Notes under the pieces: generated by a model
The model's input: only the letters and a program-made list of their open reading frames with translations
What the model was told of the DNA's origin: nothing
Databases searched by the model: none
Shown: positions 53,165 through 63,386 of the stretch, in pieces
How the letters are laid out: every line of letters begins with the position of its first letter
Numbering within the stretch: position 1 is the first letter of the stretch
Translations under genes and position numbers: made by a program
DNA from: Puniceibacterium sp.
GTDB lineage: Bacteria > Pseudomonadota > Alphaproteobacteria > Rhodobacterales > Rhodobacteraceae
Direction of reading: 5' to 3'
Assembly (NCBI GenBank): GCA_024636635.1
Contig: JAGXGV010000030.1
Span: forward strand, 186-64,185
DNA length: 64,000 bases

Positions 53165-54289
53165 ATGGCTTTGCTTGATCAGATCGACCCTACCGGGCTC
53201 GACGAATTTTCGGTGGTTTTCACGGACCGGTCACTGAACCACATGTCGGCGGCGTTCCAGCAGGTGATGCGCGATATATCGGGCATGCTGAAAGAAGTGT
53301 ATCACGCCGATGCGGTGGCGCTTGTTCCCGGCGGCGGCACCTATGGGATGGAGGCCGTGGCGCGGCAGTTCGGGCGCGATGCAAACGTGTTCGTGGTGCG
53401 CAACGGCTGGTTTTCCTATCGCTGGAGCCAGATCTTTGAGGCGGGCGGCTTTGCGGGCGAGACGCATGTGATGAAGGCGCGTCCAAGCGGCAACGGACTC
53501 CAGGCGCCTTTTGCCCCGGCGCCGATCGACGAGGTGACGGCGCAGATCCGCGAGATCCGCCCCGACATCGTCTTTGCACCGCATGTGGAAACCTCGGCCG
53601 GGATCATCCTGCCGGACAATTATCTGACCGCGCTTTCGGCGGCCGCGCACGAGGTCGGCGCGCTGATGGTGCTTGACTGCATCGCCAGCGGCTGTGTCTG
53701 GGTGGACATGGCCGCGACCGGCGTCGATGTGCTGATCTCGGCGCCGCAAAAGGGCTGGTCCGCAACGCCCTGCGCCGGGCTTGTGATGATGTCGCAGCGG
53801 GCGGTGGACCGGCTGGCTGAAACCACATCCGACAGCTTTGCCTGTGACCTGAAGAAATGGCACCAGATCATGGCGGCCTACGAGAACGGCGGGCATGCCT
53901 ATCATGCCACGATGCCCACCGACGGGCTGCGCGTCTTTCGCGATACGATGCTGGAAACAAAAGACTATGGCTTTACCCGCCTTAAAGAGGCGCAGTGGGC
54001 GCTGGGGACGGCAGTGCGCGAGCTGCTGGCCGAGAAGGGCGTGAAATCGGTGGCTGCCGACGGATTCGGCGCGCCCGGCGTGGTGGTGAGCTATACCGAC
54101 GATCCCGAAATCCAGTCGGGCCGGGCCTTTGCCGCGAAGGGCATGCAGATCGCCGCCGGCGTGCCGCTGCAATGCGACGAGCCTGCCGGGTTCAGCACCT
54201 TTCGGTTGGGGCTGTTCGGTCTGGACAAACTTTACGATGTGGGCGGCACGGTGGCGCGGTTGCGCCGGGTGGTCGATCAGGTTCTCTGA
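53165..54289 (+). CDS. Class V PLP aminotransferase
   Basis: HVETSAG, LDCIASG, SAPQKG (PLP Lys). Confidence 0.9.
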   Translation: MALLDQIDPTGLDEFSVVFTDRSLNHMSAAFQQVMRDISGMLKEVYHADAVALVPGGGTYGMEAVARQFGRDANVFVVRNGWFSYRWSQIFEAGGFAGETHVMKARPSGNGLQAPFAPAPIDEVTAQIREIRPDIVFAPHVETSAGIILPDNYLTALSAAAHEVGALMVLDCIASGCVWVDMAATGVDVLISAPQKGWSATPCAGLVMMSQRAVDRLAETTSDSFACDLKKWHQIMAAYENGGHAYHATMPTDGLRVFRDTMLETKDYGFTRLKEAQWALGTAVRELLAEKGVKSVAADGFGAPGVVVSYTDDPEIQSGRAFAAKGMQIAAGVPLQCDEPAGFSTFRLGLFGLDKLYDVGGTVARLRRVVDQVL

Positions 54290-54304
54290 TCGTCCATGAC
54301 CCTG

Positions 54305-55525
54305 TCAACGCGGGCTGGCCTTGGCCGTGCCCAGCCCCGCCTGCATCAGTGTCTTGCGCAGGGGTGAGAGGGCATAAAGTGCCTGGAGCCCCGCCGCGCG
54401 GGCGTCGCGCAAGAGCGGGTCCGACGCCATAGATGCCCGGTTGAGCAGGGTGATCCCCGCGACCCGGGCACGGACGTCGGCGATGCGCCTGCGATGGTAA
54501 GCGTGCAGCATCGCGGCAGAGCCGAGCGTGTCACGCTGCGCAAGTGCCAGATCCAGCAGCAGGTCCAGATCCGCCAGGCTCATGTTCAGGCCCTGCGCGC
54601 CGATGGGCGGGACCACATGTGCCGCCTCGGCCACCAGCGCCAGACGTTCGCCCGACAGCCTGTGCGCCGCCTGTGCAATGATCGGCCAGGCGCCACGGCG
54701 GCTGGCCAGAGTGAGCGGTCCGAACAGGTGGCAGGAACGTTCTGACATCGCCGCCTCGAACGCAGGGATGTCCAGAGCCAGCAGGTCATTGGCTTGGGCT
54801 GCGGTGTCCATCCAGACGATGGCCGAACAGGGGCGCCCGTCGCGGTCGGGCAGGGGGACAAAGGTGAATGGCCCGCCGGTGCGGTGGATCTCGGTCGAGA
54901 CATTCTCGTGCGGGATTGGGTGGGTGACGGCAAAGGCCAGCGCCTTCTGGCCGAAATGCGTCGTGGTGACGTCGATCCCGGCCGCCCGCCGCATGGGAGA
55001 GTCGCGCCCGTCTGCCGCGATCACCAGTTTCGCGGTGACGCGGCTGCCGTCGCTCAGGCCCACCCGGGCCGATGCGGTGCGCGTGAACAGCGTGGTCGTT
55101 GCCGTGCCGGGACGGAAATCGACCGTCGGCATGTCGTGCAACTGCGCGCTCAGTTCGCGCCGCAGCAGCCAGTTGGGCAGGTTCCAGCCAAAGGGCAGGT
55201 CTGAAATCTCGGAGGCGTCGAAGGCGCGTGTCACCCGCGGTGCGGCCTCGGCCCCGCCGGCATCGACGATGCGCATCACCTGGAGCGGCATGGCATGGTC
55301 CGACAGCCGGTCCCAGATGCCGGCGCGTTCCAGAAAGGCGCGGGCCGGCTGAAGAAAGGCGGTGCTGCGCAGATCGGCGCCGTCGGCGTCCTGTTCCGTC
55401 ACGGGGGGCGCGGGGTCGACGCAGAGCACGGCAAACCCCTGTGCGCCAAAGACGGCAGCGGCTGTAAGCCCGGCGATCCCGCCGCCCGAAATCACGATGT
55501 CAAAGTCCATGTCGGCCTCCTGCAT
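54305..55525 (-). CDS. UbiH/UbiL-family FAD hydroxylase
   Basis: GGGIAG, AADGRDS, EAAHVVPPIGAQGLN. Confidence 0.9.
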   Translation of the reverse strand: MQEADMDFDIVISGGGIAGLTAAAVFGAQGFAVLCVDPAPPVTEQDADGADLRSTAFLQPARAFLERAGIWDRLSDHAMPLQVMRIVDAGGAEAAPRVTRAFDASEISDLPFGWNLPNWLLRRELSAQLHDMPTVDFRPGTATTTLFTRTASARVGLSDGSRVTAKLVIAADGRDSPMRRAAGIDVTTTHFGQKALAFAVTHPIPHENVSTEIHRTGGPFTFVPLPDRDGRPCSAIVWMDTAAQANDLLALDIPAFEAAMSERSCHLFGPLTLASRRGAWPIIAQAAHRLSGERLALVAEAAHVVPPIGAQGLNMSLADLDLLLDLALAQRDTLGSAAMLHAYHRRRIADVRARVAGITLLNRASMASDPLLRDARAAGLQALYALSPLRKTLMQAGLGTAKASPR

Positions 55526-55579
55526 TTCTATCTAGTGCAGTGCGTGCCGGGCGCACTGCATCATCGCGCCGCAGGGGGA

Positions 55580-56224
55580 TCAGGTCAGGCGGGCGAGGAA
55601 TGCGCCAAGGTCGTCGGTGTGGTGATGGATGTGGTCGGCCTTTATCGCTTCGGGGGCGACATGAACGGTGCGCATGCCCATGGCGTGGGGGGCGGTCAGG
55701 TTGCGGATGTCATCCTCGAACATCGCGGCGACGCTGCTGTCGGTGCCGTCGCGGGCAAAGACCGCCTCGAAGGCCGCGCGCTCGGGCTTGGGCGCAAAAT
55801 CCGCGTGCTCGACACCATAAAGTGCGTCGAACGCCGCCTCGAGCCCGCGCGCCCTGAGCACCTGTGCCGCGTAGGGGGCGGTGCCGTTGGTGTAGACGAT
55901 CTTGCGCCCCGGCAGACCGGCGATCAGGCGGGCCAGATGCGGGTCGGGTTCCAACGTGTCGAAGGTGATGTCGTGGACCTCTTGCAGATAGGGGGCAGGG
56001 TCTACGCCATGTTCGCGCATGAGCCCGGCAAGGGTCGTGCCATAGGTGTGCCAGTAATGCTTGCGCAGATGGTTCGCATGGTCATGATCGACCCCGAGCG
56101 CCTGCATGACGAAACGGGTCATGCGCACCTCGATCTGTTCAAAGAGGCGGGCGGCGGGCGGATAGAGGGTGTTGTCAAGATCGAACACCCAGGTCCGGAC
56201 ATGAGAGAAGCTTTGCCTGATCAT
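55580..56224 (-). CDS. Pyrimidine 5'-nucleotidase (HAD family)
   Basis: FDLDNTLY, YGTTLAGL, TNG, PKP, FEDD. Confidence 0.92.
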   Translation of the reverse strand: MIRQSFSHVRTWVFDLDNTLYPPAARLFEQIEVRMTRFVMQALGVDHDHANHLRKHYWHTYGTTLAGLMREHGVDPAPYLQEVHDITFDTLEPDPHLARLIAGLPGRKIVYTNGTAPYAAQVLRARGLEAAFDALYGVEHADFAPKPERAAFEAVFARDGTDSSVAAMFEDDIRNLTAPHAMGMRTVHVAPEAIKADHIHHHTDDLGAFLARLT

Positions 56225-56406
56225 GGTACGACGCTACTGCCGGTGCGGGGATGGCGCAATCGCTGATGCAGTGGCGCGACGTTTTCGCCGCGCGGCGGTC
56301 GGTTGTCGGCCGGACGATCGCCCCCGCGGGGCGGGGTTTGCAACGGCTTGGCTTGATTGACGGGGCCGGTCAGGGCTATCCTGCGTCAATGCACAGAGGA
56401 CAGCAC

Positions 56407-57051
56407 ATGAACATATCGAGGCCGCAGCAGAAGGATGCCTATACGCTGATCCTCGAAGCGATCGACGTCGGCGTGTACAAACCCGGCGACCGGCTGGTGG
56501 AAAGCGATCTGGCGGACCGGTTCGGTGTGTCGCGCACGCCGATCCGCGAGGCGCTTCAACGGCTGGAAACCCAGTCATTGCTGACGCGGGACGGGCGGTC
56601 GCTGATCGTGGCATCGCTGGATCACAACCAGATGGCTGAATTATACGTCGTGCGTACCGAGCTTGAAGGCCTGGCGGCCCGGCTGGCTGCGCGCCATGCC
56701 ACCGAAGAGGAAATCCAGGTCCTGCACGAAATGGTGGATGACGACCGGGCGCTGCTGGACAATCCCGGCGCGCTGGCACGGGCGAACCGGCGCTTTCACA
56801 AGCAGATCCACCTTGCTTCGCACAACCGCTATCTGGTTCAGCAGCTTGACCTTGTGCACCGTTCCATGGCGTTGATGGCGACAACTTCGCTGGCGGCGCA
56901 GGGGCGCGGAGAGATCGCGCTGGCCGAGCATCTGGCCATCGTCGAGGCGATTGCAAGACGGGACGAGGCCGCAGCGTACCGTGCGCTGCGCGACCACATT
57001 TCGGTGGCGTTTGTCACCCGGCTCAAGCTTGACAGCAAATCGAAGGTTTAG
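56407..57051 (+). CDS. GntR (FCD) regulator
   Basis: PGDRLVE, GVSRTPIREAL, NRRFH, EHLAIV. Confidence 0.93.
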   Translation: MNISRPQQKDAYTLILEAIDVGVYKPGDRLVESDLADRFGVSRTPIREALQRLETQSLLTRDGRSLIVASLDHNQMAELYVVRTELEGLAARLAARHATEEEIQVLHEMVDDDRALLDNPGALARANRRFHKQIHLASHNRYLVQQLDLVHRSMALMATTSLAAQGRGEIALAEHLAIVEAIARRDEAAAYRALRDHISVAFVTRLKLDSKSKV

Positions 57052-57147
57052 AGTGTGTTGCGCTCTTGCGGGCGACGGACGTGACCGATGGTCCGTTTGG
57101 CATGTGTCAGTCCTGCGCCTGTCCGGCACATGTCAGTCCTGCGCGTA

Positions 57148-59085
57148 TCACTCCTGTGCCTGGTCGGCGCGGGCATGATCCGGCAGAGAGTGTCCGTGCG
57201 CGGTCTTGTCCCAGTAGAAGGGTTTGACCACCAGTTCGTACAGCGCCTTGTAGGCCGCGATCACCCCTAGCGGAAAATAAAGCCACATGGTGGGCACCCA
57301 CAGCAGCAACCCGTCATGCGGGCTGCGGGCGACGGCGGCAAGGCTGACGAGGATGGACACTGCTTCTGACAGAAGAAAGACCGAGACGAGGCCAGTGATC
57401 TGCGCCGTGCTGAGCACATCCGACAAAGGATGCGGCAGGCCGAACAGCAGCAGCCAGAAGGACCACAGCGCCGGCGCCAGCAGGAACTGGAGGAATGCGG
57501 TCAGGAACAGCATCTGAAAGCCGAGGAATTTCCAAAGCCCGAGCGCGCGCAGCAGTCCCCGCGGGCGGCGCATGTGAACGGCATAGGTGATCATGTACCC
57601 CTTGAGCCAGCGCGACCGCTGCTTGACCCAGGGCCAGGCGCGGTTGTTGGCTTCTTCTCGCGTGACCGTGGGCAAAAGTTCGGTGATATAGCCGTATCGC
57701 GCCAGGCGGATGCCCAGATCGGCATCCTCGGTCACGTTGTGCGCGTCCCATCCATGCACCTTTTCCAGCGCAGCGCGGCGCAAGAACACAGTTGTGCCGC
57801 CCAGGGGTATCGCAAGGCCCAGTCGCGCAAGGCCGGGCAGCAGGATGCGGAACCAGGTGGCGTATTCGATGGCAAAACATCGCGACAGCCAGTTGGCGCG
57901 CGGGTTGTAGAAATCCAGGATGCCCTGAAGGCAGGCCACATGTTCAGGGGCCTTTGCAAACCGGTCGACCACACGGTCGATCTGATCGGCGGAGGGGGCG
58001 TCTTCGGCATCGTAGATGCCGATGATTTCGCCCCGGCAGAAGTTCAGTGCATAGTTAAGGGCGCGCGGTTTGGTGGTGACGCGACCTTTCGGCACCTCGA
58101 TGATGCGAATCCAGGGCGGACGCGCGCCCAGGTCGAGCGCTTCGCGCGTCTGGGCATCTTCTGTTTCGAGCACGAGGACGACATCAAGCAGCGCCTTGGG
58201 GTAGGTCAGGCGGTTCAGCCGGGTGACCAGAGAGGAGGCGATGTCGTGTTCGCGAAACAGCGGCACCAGGATGGACACGGTGGGCAGGGACCCGGTGGGC
58301 AGGGACACAGGGGGCAAGGCTAAGGTGGACGGGGGACCGGGGGGCAGGGAATCAGGGGGCGAGGTGAGCGGCGCCGGACTGCGCCCGGCAAGCAGCGCGG
58401 CCAGCTTGAGCCCCTGTGCCAGGAACAGGGTGACAACTGCAACCGCGACGATGGCGCCGAAAAACAGCAGCGGCGCGAACGCCAGTACGGAAAGGCAGAC
58501 GGCTGCGACACCTGCCGCGGCCAGCGCGCGCCGAGGTGACAGCCGGTTTATGTCCCGGCAGCTTTCGTCGTCCTTCACCCATGTTTCGGCTGCGACGGCA
58601 AGCGTTCTGCCGTGGCGATCGGTGATCAGCGCCTGGATGTCGGATTCCAGCGCCAGCGCCATCACCACCGGACCCAGGCTGGCCGTGAGCCGCGCGCGCA
58701 ACGCCGGAAAGGCATCCGGGCGCGCGGTTGCGACCAGAATCTTCTGCCCGATCCGCGTCCAGGGCAGGACACCGTGGCGCAGGCAGAAGACAGGGTCCAG
58801 CAGATCGGCAAGGGCCGGATCGAGCGCGGGATCATCCAAATGGACGCACGTGGCACCCCAGTGACGCGCCTGCGCCTGAAGCATCTGTTGCGGAGTCGCA
58901 AGCGCGCTGCTGAGCAGGATGCGGTCCAGCGCCGTGCCGTGGCGTGCGGACTGGGCCAGGGCGTCCAGCATGTCAGCGGGGGACACAACCCCGGTTTCAA
59001 TCAGCGTCCGCCCGATGGGCCGCAGCCCCGCCGCACCTGCCCGGGCCAGATTTTCCGTGACCTCGTTGAGACGCTGTTCGCTCAT
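57148..59085 (-). CDS. MshEN/GSPII_N-domain GT2 membrane glycosyltransferase (NfrB-like)
   Basis: N-terminal RPIGRTLIETGVV..LDRILL; KPRALN, YDAED, TED, QRSRW; C-terminal TMs and WDKT. Confidence 0.88.
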   Translation of the reverse strand: MSEQRLNEVTENLARAGAAGLRPIGRTLIETGVVSPADMLDALAQSARHGTALDRILLSSALATPQQMLQAQARHWGATCVHLDDPALDPALADLLDPVFCLRHGVLPWTRIGQKILVATARPDAFPALRARLTASLGPVVMALALESDIQALITDRHGRTLAVAAETWVKDDESCRDINRLSPRRALAAAGVAAVCLSVLAFAPLLFFGAIVAVAVVTLFLAQGLKLAALLAGRSPAPLTSPPDSLPPGPPSTLALPPVSLPTGSLPTVSILVPLFREHDIASSLVTRLNRLTYPKALLDVVLVLETEDAQTREALDLGARPPWIRIIEVPKGRVTTKPRALNYALNFCRGEIIGIYDAEDAPSADQIDRVVDRFAKAPEHVACLQGILDFYNPRANWLSRCFAIEYATWFRILLPGLARLGLAIPLGGTTVFLRRAALEKVHGWDAHNVTEDADLGIRLARYGYITELLPTVTREEANNRAWPWVKQRSRWLKGYMITYAVHMRRPRGLLRALGLWKFLGFQMLFLTAFLQFLLAPALWSFWLLLFGLPHPLSDVLSTAQITGLVSVFLLSEAVSILVSLAAVARSPHDGLLLWVPTMWLYFPLGVIAAYKALYELVVKPFYWDKTAHGHSLPDHARADQAQE

Positions 59086-59127
59086 TCTGATCCCCGTCCA
59101 AGTTCGGGATCAGATGACAGCCAGATC

Positions 59128-59143
59128 GTTAAGGGAGAGTTAA
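59128..59143 (-). promoter_or_regulatory. CtrA binding site
   Basis: Minus strand reads TTAA-CTCTCCC-TTAAC, the exact TTAA-N7-TTAAC consensus, about 43 bp upstream of the GT2 start. Confidence 0.75.
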
Positions 59144-59177
59144 GTTTCCCCCTGCCGCGCAAAATTGCGCAAGAACA

Positions 59178-60341
59178 TCAGAGCTCTGCTGCGGCCTTGT
59201 CCATCGACGCGGCGAAGCGTTCGAACAGGTAGAAACTGTCCTGCGGGCCGGGGCTTGCCTCGGGGTGGTGCTGGACGGAAAATACCGGGCGGTCGGTCAG
59301 GCGGATGCCGCAATTCGAGCCGTCGAACAGCGATACATGGGTTTCCAGAACGCCCACAGGCAGGGTCTGGCTGTCGACGGCGAATCCGTGGTTCATCGAC
59401 GTGATCTCGACCTTGCCGGTTTCGGTCTCCTTGACCGGGTGGTTCGCCCCGTGATGGCCATGGTTCATCTTGATCGTGCGGGCGCCAAGGGCCAGCGCCA
59501 GCATCTGATGGCCAAGGCAGATCCCGAAGACGGGCAGGTTGCGGTCCAGTATCCCGCGGATCGTGGGCACGGCATAGACGCCTGTGGCCGCCGGATCGCC
59601 GGGGCCGTTGGACAGAAAGACCCCATCAGGATTCTGCGCCAGAACATCCTCGGCCGTGGCCGACGCGGGCATCACCGTCACGTCACAGCCCGCCGAGGCG
59701 AGGCAGCGCAGGATGTTGCGCTTGGCGCCGTAGTCGATGGCCACCACCTTGTGGCGGGCGTTGGTCTGCGGCTGGTAGCCGACGGGCCAGGCCCACCGCA
59801 TCTCGTCCCAGCGGTAGGATTGCGTGCAGGTCACGTCCCGCGCAAGGTCGAGCCCGGTCAGGCCGGGAAAGGCGCGGGCCTTGTTGACAAGGGCCGCGAT
59901 GTCAAAGACGCCGTCGGGGTTGTGCGACAGGCAGACATGCGGCGCACCCTGCTGGCGGATTGCCCGCGTCAGGCGGCGGGTGTCGATGCCGCCGATGGCG
60001 ATGCGGCCCCGCGATGACAGCCAGTCCGAAAGCTGGGTCACCGCGCGCCAGTTGGACGATTGCGTCGGCATCCACTTGACCACCATGCCCGCCGCCACCG
60101 GATCGGCGGTTTCGTCATCTTCGGGGTTCACACCGACGTTGCCGATATGCGGGAAGGTGAAGGTCACGATCTGGCCCGCATAGGACGGGTCGGTCATGAT
60201 TTCCTGATAGCCGGACATGGCTGTGTTGAAACAGAGTTCGGCCACGGTGTCGCCAATCGCGCCAAAGCCCTGGCCGTAAAAGACCGTGCCATCCGCAAGG
60301 GCCAGGCAGGCAGTGGGTTTCCGGGTCTGGGCAAGGGACAT
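59178..60341 (-). CDS. carA: Carbamoyl-phosphate synthase small subunit
   Basis: FNTAMSGYQE, SNGPGDP, GICLGHQ, HPEASPGP. Confidence 0.97.
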   Translation of the reverse strand: MSLAQTRKPTACLALADGTVFYGQGFGAIGDTVAELCFNTAMSGYQEIMTDPSYAGQIVTFTFPHIGNVGVNPEDDETADPVAAGMVVKWMPTQSSNWRAVTQLSDWLSSRGRIAIGGIDTRRLTRAIRQQGAPHVCLSHNPDGVFDIAALVNKARAFPGLTGLDLARDVTCTQSYRWDEMRWAWPVGYQPQTNARHKVVAIDYGAKRNILRCLASAGCDVTVMPASATAEDVLAQNPDGVFLSNGPGDPAATGVYAVPTIRGILDRNLPVFGICLGHQMLALALGARTIKMNHGHHGANHPVKETETGKVEITSMNHGFAVDSQTLPVGVLETHVSLFDGSNCGIRLTDRPVFSVQHHPEASPGPQDSFYLFERFAASMDKAAAEL

Positions 60342-60548
60342 GGCGGCACTCCTGTCGGGTCGCAAACTCTTGCATACCTAAGGGTGGCGTGGGATGGGGT
60401 CAAGGTCTGCCGAATGGCGGGGTCAGGCTATGGTCTGGCCGATGATCTGGCATGAAAACAAGGGGTTGCCGTGTCGTCTGGGCGGTTGTGCCGGGCCGCC
60501 GCTTCGCTTAGGGTGAGAAGTTGGAAAAAAACCGGGGATGAACAAGCC

Positions 60549-61013
60549 ATGGAACTGCGTGCGCGCATAACGGCGGCGATGAAACAGGCGATGCGGGACA
60601 AGGTGACGGACAGGCTTTCGACCGTGCGCCTGATCAATGCGGCGATCAAGGATCGCGACATCGCGGTGCGGGGCGAAGGCAATGACGAGGGTGTCGGCGA
60701 CAGCGAAGTCCTTGCCATCCTTGGCAAGATGGTCAAGCAGCGGCGCGAGAGCGCAAAAACCTACGAAGAGGGTGGACGTCTGGACCTTGCAGAACGGGAA
60801 CTGGCCGAAATCGAGGTGATCGAGGAATTCCTGCCTCGCAAGCTGTCCGACAAGGAAACCGAAGAGGCAGTGAACGCCGCCGTGGCCGAGGTCGGCGCGG
60901 ATTCGATCCGCGACATGGGCCGGGTGATGGCGGTGCTCAAGGCGCGCTACACCGGACAGATGGACTTTGGCGCGGTCGGACCGATGGTTAAGGACCGCTT
61001 GTCCAATGCCTGA
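60549..61013 (+). CDS. GatB/YqeY domain protein
   Basis: MVKQRRES, GGRLDLAE, DMGRVM. Confidence 0.93.
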   Translation: MELRARITAAMKQAMRDKVTDRLSTVRLINAAIKDRDIAVRGEGNDEGVGDSEVLAILGKMVKQRRESAKTYEEGGRLDLAERELAEIEVIEEFLPRKLSDKETEEAVNAAVAEVGADSIRDMGRVMAVLKARYTGQMDFGAVGPMVKDRLSNA

Positions 61014-61069
61014 CGGGCAGGTTCGGCCCTTTGTATCCGGGCTGGCGGCAGGTCATGCCGGGGTGACGG

Positions 61070-61981
61070 TCACATCAGCGGAAAGTCCTTGGCGATGGCC
61101 TTCAATTCTGCCGGATCGGTGATCCGGAAGCGGTCCACGAACCGCGTCTTGAACCCGACCCGCCCCCGCCGCGCACCAAAATTCTCGCCATGGTTCAGGA
61201 CATACTGCACCGAGGGGCGGCTCAGCGGCGTCAGCCGCTGCCGCGCCAGCGCCGCGAGGTAGGGGAACATACGGTGTTCGTGCTGGGTCATGGCGCGCAG
61301 GAAGGCAGCGCCCTCCGGCAGGGAAGGGTCGTGAAACAGCGCCGCGCAAGAACCGCAAAGTTTCCAGAAAGGTTTGCGCAGCGGCGCGGTAAAGCTGGGC
61401 GCGTCGGCGAGGGCCACCGCGCCGGTGGCGTCATCCCGCACATATCCGGATTGCACCAGATACCCGCCGTGGGCCTGTCGTGTCAGCATTTCTGACACGA
61501 CGCCCTGGCGCAGAAGATCATCGGCATCAAAGCTCATTACATAGCCGGATGCCTGCGGCAGGGTGGTCAGATGATCGCAGAGCGCCGCCAGCTTGCGCCA
61601 TTTGTCATTGCCCGCAGCCGGATCTGCGAAAGCGAGATGGGTGATGCGGGGATCCGCAGGCAGGGGCGGCTTTTCCTGACAGCAGATGACGGCGCGCCAG
61701 CGCGGATCGCTCTGGTTGGTCAGGCTTTGCAGCGTGCGATCCAGGCGCGCGGTCACAGCCGCCCAGTCGCCGACATCCGCAGGGCTGACCAGCGGAATGA
61801 GGAACGTGACCATCACGGCATTTGGGTGGGGGTGGGCGGACCGTGCCACAGCCAGATCCAGAGCGGCACGTTCCGAGGGCAGAAGGCTTGCACCGTCCCG
61901 CGCAATGCGGGGGCCAAACACCCGTGCGGCGGCCGACAGTGCGGCGCGCTTGAGCTTGGGCGCGGCGGGGGCCTGGGCCAT
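61070..61981 (-). CDS. Putative GT-A fold glycosyltransferase
   Basis: TFLIPL, TLQSLTNQSD, DKWRK, FDADDL, NHGEN. Confidence 0.7.
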   Translation of the reverse strand: MAQAPAAPKLKRAALSAAARVFGPRIARDGASLLPSERAALDLAVARSAHPHPNAVMVTFLIPLVSPADVGDWAAVTARLDRTLQSLTNQSDPRWRAVICCQEKPPLPADPRITHLAFADPAAGNDKWRKLAALCDHLTTLPQASGYVMSFDADDLLRQGVVSEMLTRQAHGGYLVQSGYVRDDATGAVALADAPSFTAPLRKPFWKLCGSCAALFHDPSLPEGAAFLRAMTQHEHRMFPYLAALARQRLTPLSRPSVQYVLNHGENFGARRGRVGFKTRFVDRFRITDPAELKAIAKDFPLM

Positions 61982-62484
61982 CAGGTCGGAGTCTGCGTCA
62001 GGCGGCGCAGGTGGCCCGAGAGGTCGCTGTAAAGCGCCTTGCGCTCATCCTCGGACAGGAAGGCGCCAATCTCGACCTCGCGTCCCGCGCCGGACAGGGT
62101 GACGTAGTTGGGCACCGGCCCGCCGCCTTCGTGCAGGGCAATGCGCGCCCAGTAGGTGTTGCACTGCCATTCCTGTTCCGGCCCGCGCGGGTTGTGGCGC
62201 ACAAGGTGCAGATCCTGCGGCGTCAGCGTCAGCACCTCGAGTATCTGGCGGTCCCGGTCATTGCGGCGCAGGGCATAATAGATGCCGGCCAGCGCGATCA
62301 GCAGAAAGGGCAGCAGCCCCCAGAGCAGGACAGTGCCGAGCAGTCCATAAAGCGGCAGAGTGGCCATGGTGAAGGTGGCAAGGATGAAGGCGGCGAAGCC
62401 CTTGGGCGGCAGCGATTGGTGCGGCCAGAGCCGCAGTTCAAGCGCCGTGGCGCCGGGTTCGGAGGATGTCCAGTCATAGGGCAT
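61981..62484 (-). CDS. DUF2244 membrane protein
   Basis: WPHQSL, two TM segments, REVEIGAFLSEDER. Confidence 0.9.
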   Translation of the reverse strand: MPYDWTSSEPGATALELRLWPHQSLPPKGFAAFILATFTMATLPLYGLLGTVLLWGLLPFLLIALAGIYYALRRNDRDRQILEVLTLTPQDLHLVRHNPRGPEQEWQCNTYWARIALHEGGGPVPNYVTLSGAGREVEIGAFLSEDERKALYSDLSGHLRRLTQTPT

Positions 62485-62729
62485 GATGCTCAGGTTCTAG
62501 CAGGCCGCTACGGCGTGTCGAAGGGGAAATTGCCGCAGCCGGCATCCAGTGCGTGTCGCGCCTTGAAAGAACCATGCACCCGGGAAGCGCCCAGAACGGG
62601 ATTATGTGCGCAACGCGCCAAACCCGGCAGGTCCCTCCGTCTTGCCGCAGAACGCAAGGCAGTTGCGGTACGCGGGGGACAATGCCGCAGCCTTGCCCCC
62701 GCGTGTCGCAGGCAGGATCGGGGTCGATC

Positions 62730-63386
62730 TCAGACCGCGCGTTTACGCCGACGCAACGCGCCCGCGGCGCCAACTGCGCCAAGCAGCAGAGGCAACGATG
62801 CCGGCAGCGGAACCGTGGCGGCGATCTGTGCACGCACATCGTCGATGGCAATGGCCTGGAAGTTGCCCAGCGATGTCAGGTACGGAGAGGCGCCGATGCG
62901 CAGCGTGTCGAACCCGCTCAGATGGGACCAGCCCACGGTTGTGCCACGGGCCAGCATCGTCACGAGTCCCGAACCGGTGACAGCCCCGCCCAGCAGGGTT
63001 TCCCAGGCAAGATTCGTGGTCGTTAAGCCGAAGCCGTCGCCCAGCAGCAGGTCGAGTGCTGAAAACGACTGGCCGTCCGTTGCACTGATGCTGACATAGC
63101 CTTGATTGCCGCCACGTCCGTAGAAAAACCCGCTGCTGCGCGGGTCATTCGGCAGGAACGCGCCGAAGCCTTGAAAGCTGATGTTGTTCACCGAAACGGA
63201 AATCGAATCCTCGGTGTAGGTCTGCAATGAAATATCATTGCTGTTGATCGCGTCGAATGTCGCGGTACGATCAGCAGAGGTTACTGTGGAACCGACCGCA
63301 AAGACAGTGGCCGCCCCAGACGGTGTGGCCAGGGCCAAAACTGCCAGCACTGGGGCTACGGTAGAACTAAGACGAAAGTGGATCAT
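62730..63386 (-). CDS. VPLPA-CTERM (PEP-CTERM-like) exosortase substrate
   Basis: Signal peptide; C-terminal VPLPASLPLLLGAVGAAGALRRRK. Confidence 0.9.
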   Translation of the reverse strand: MIHFRLSSTVAPVLAVLALATPSGAATVFAVGSTVTSADRTATFDAINSNDISLQTYTEDSISVSVNNISFQGFGAFLPNDPRSSGFFYGRGGNQGYVSISATDGQSFSALDLLLGDGFGLTTTNLAWETLLGGAVTGSGLVTMLARGTTVGWSHLSGFDTLRIGASPYLTSLGNFQAIAIDDVRAQIAATVPLPASLPLLLGAVGAAGALRRRKRAV

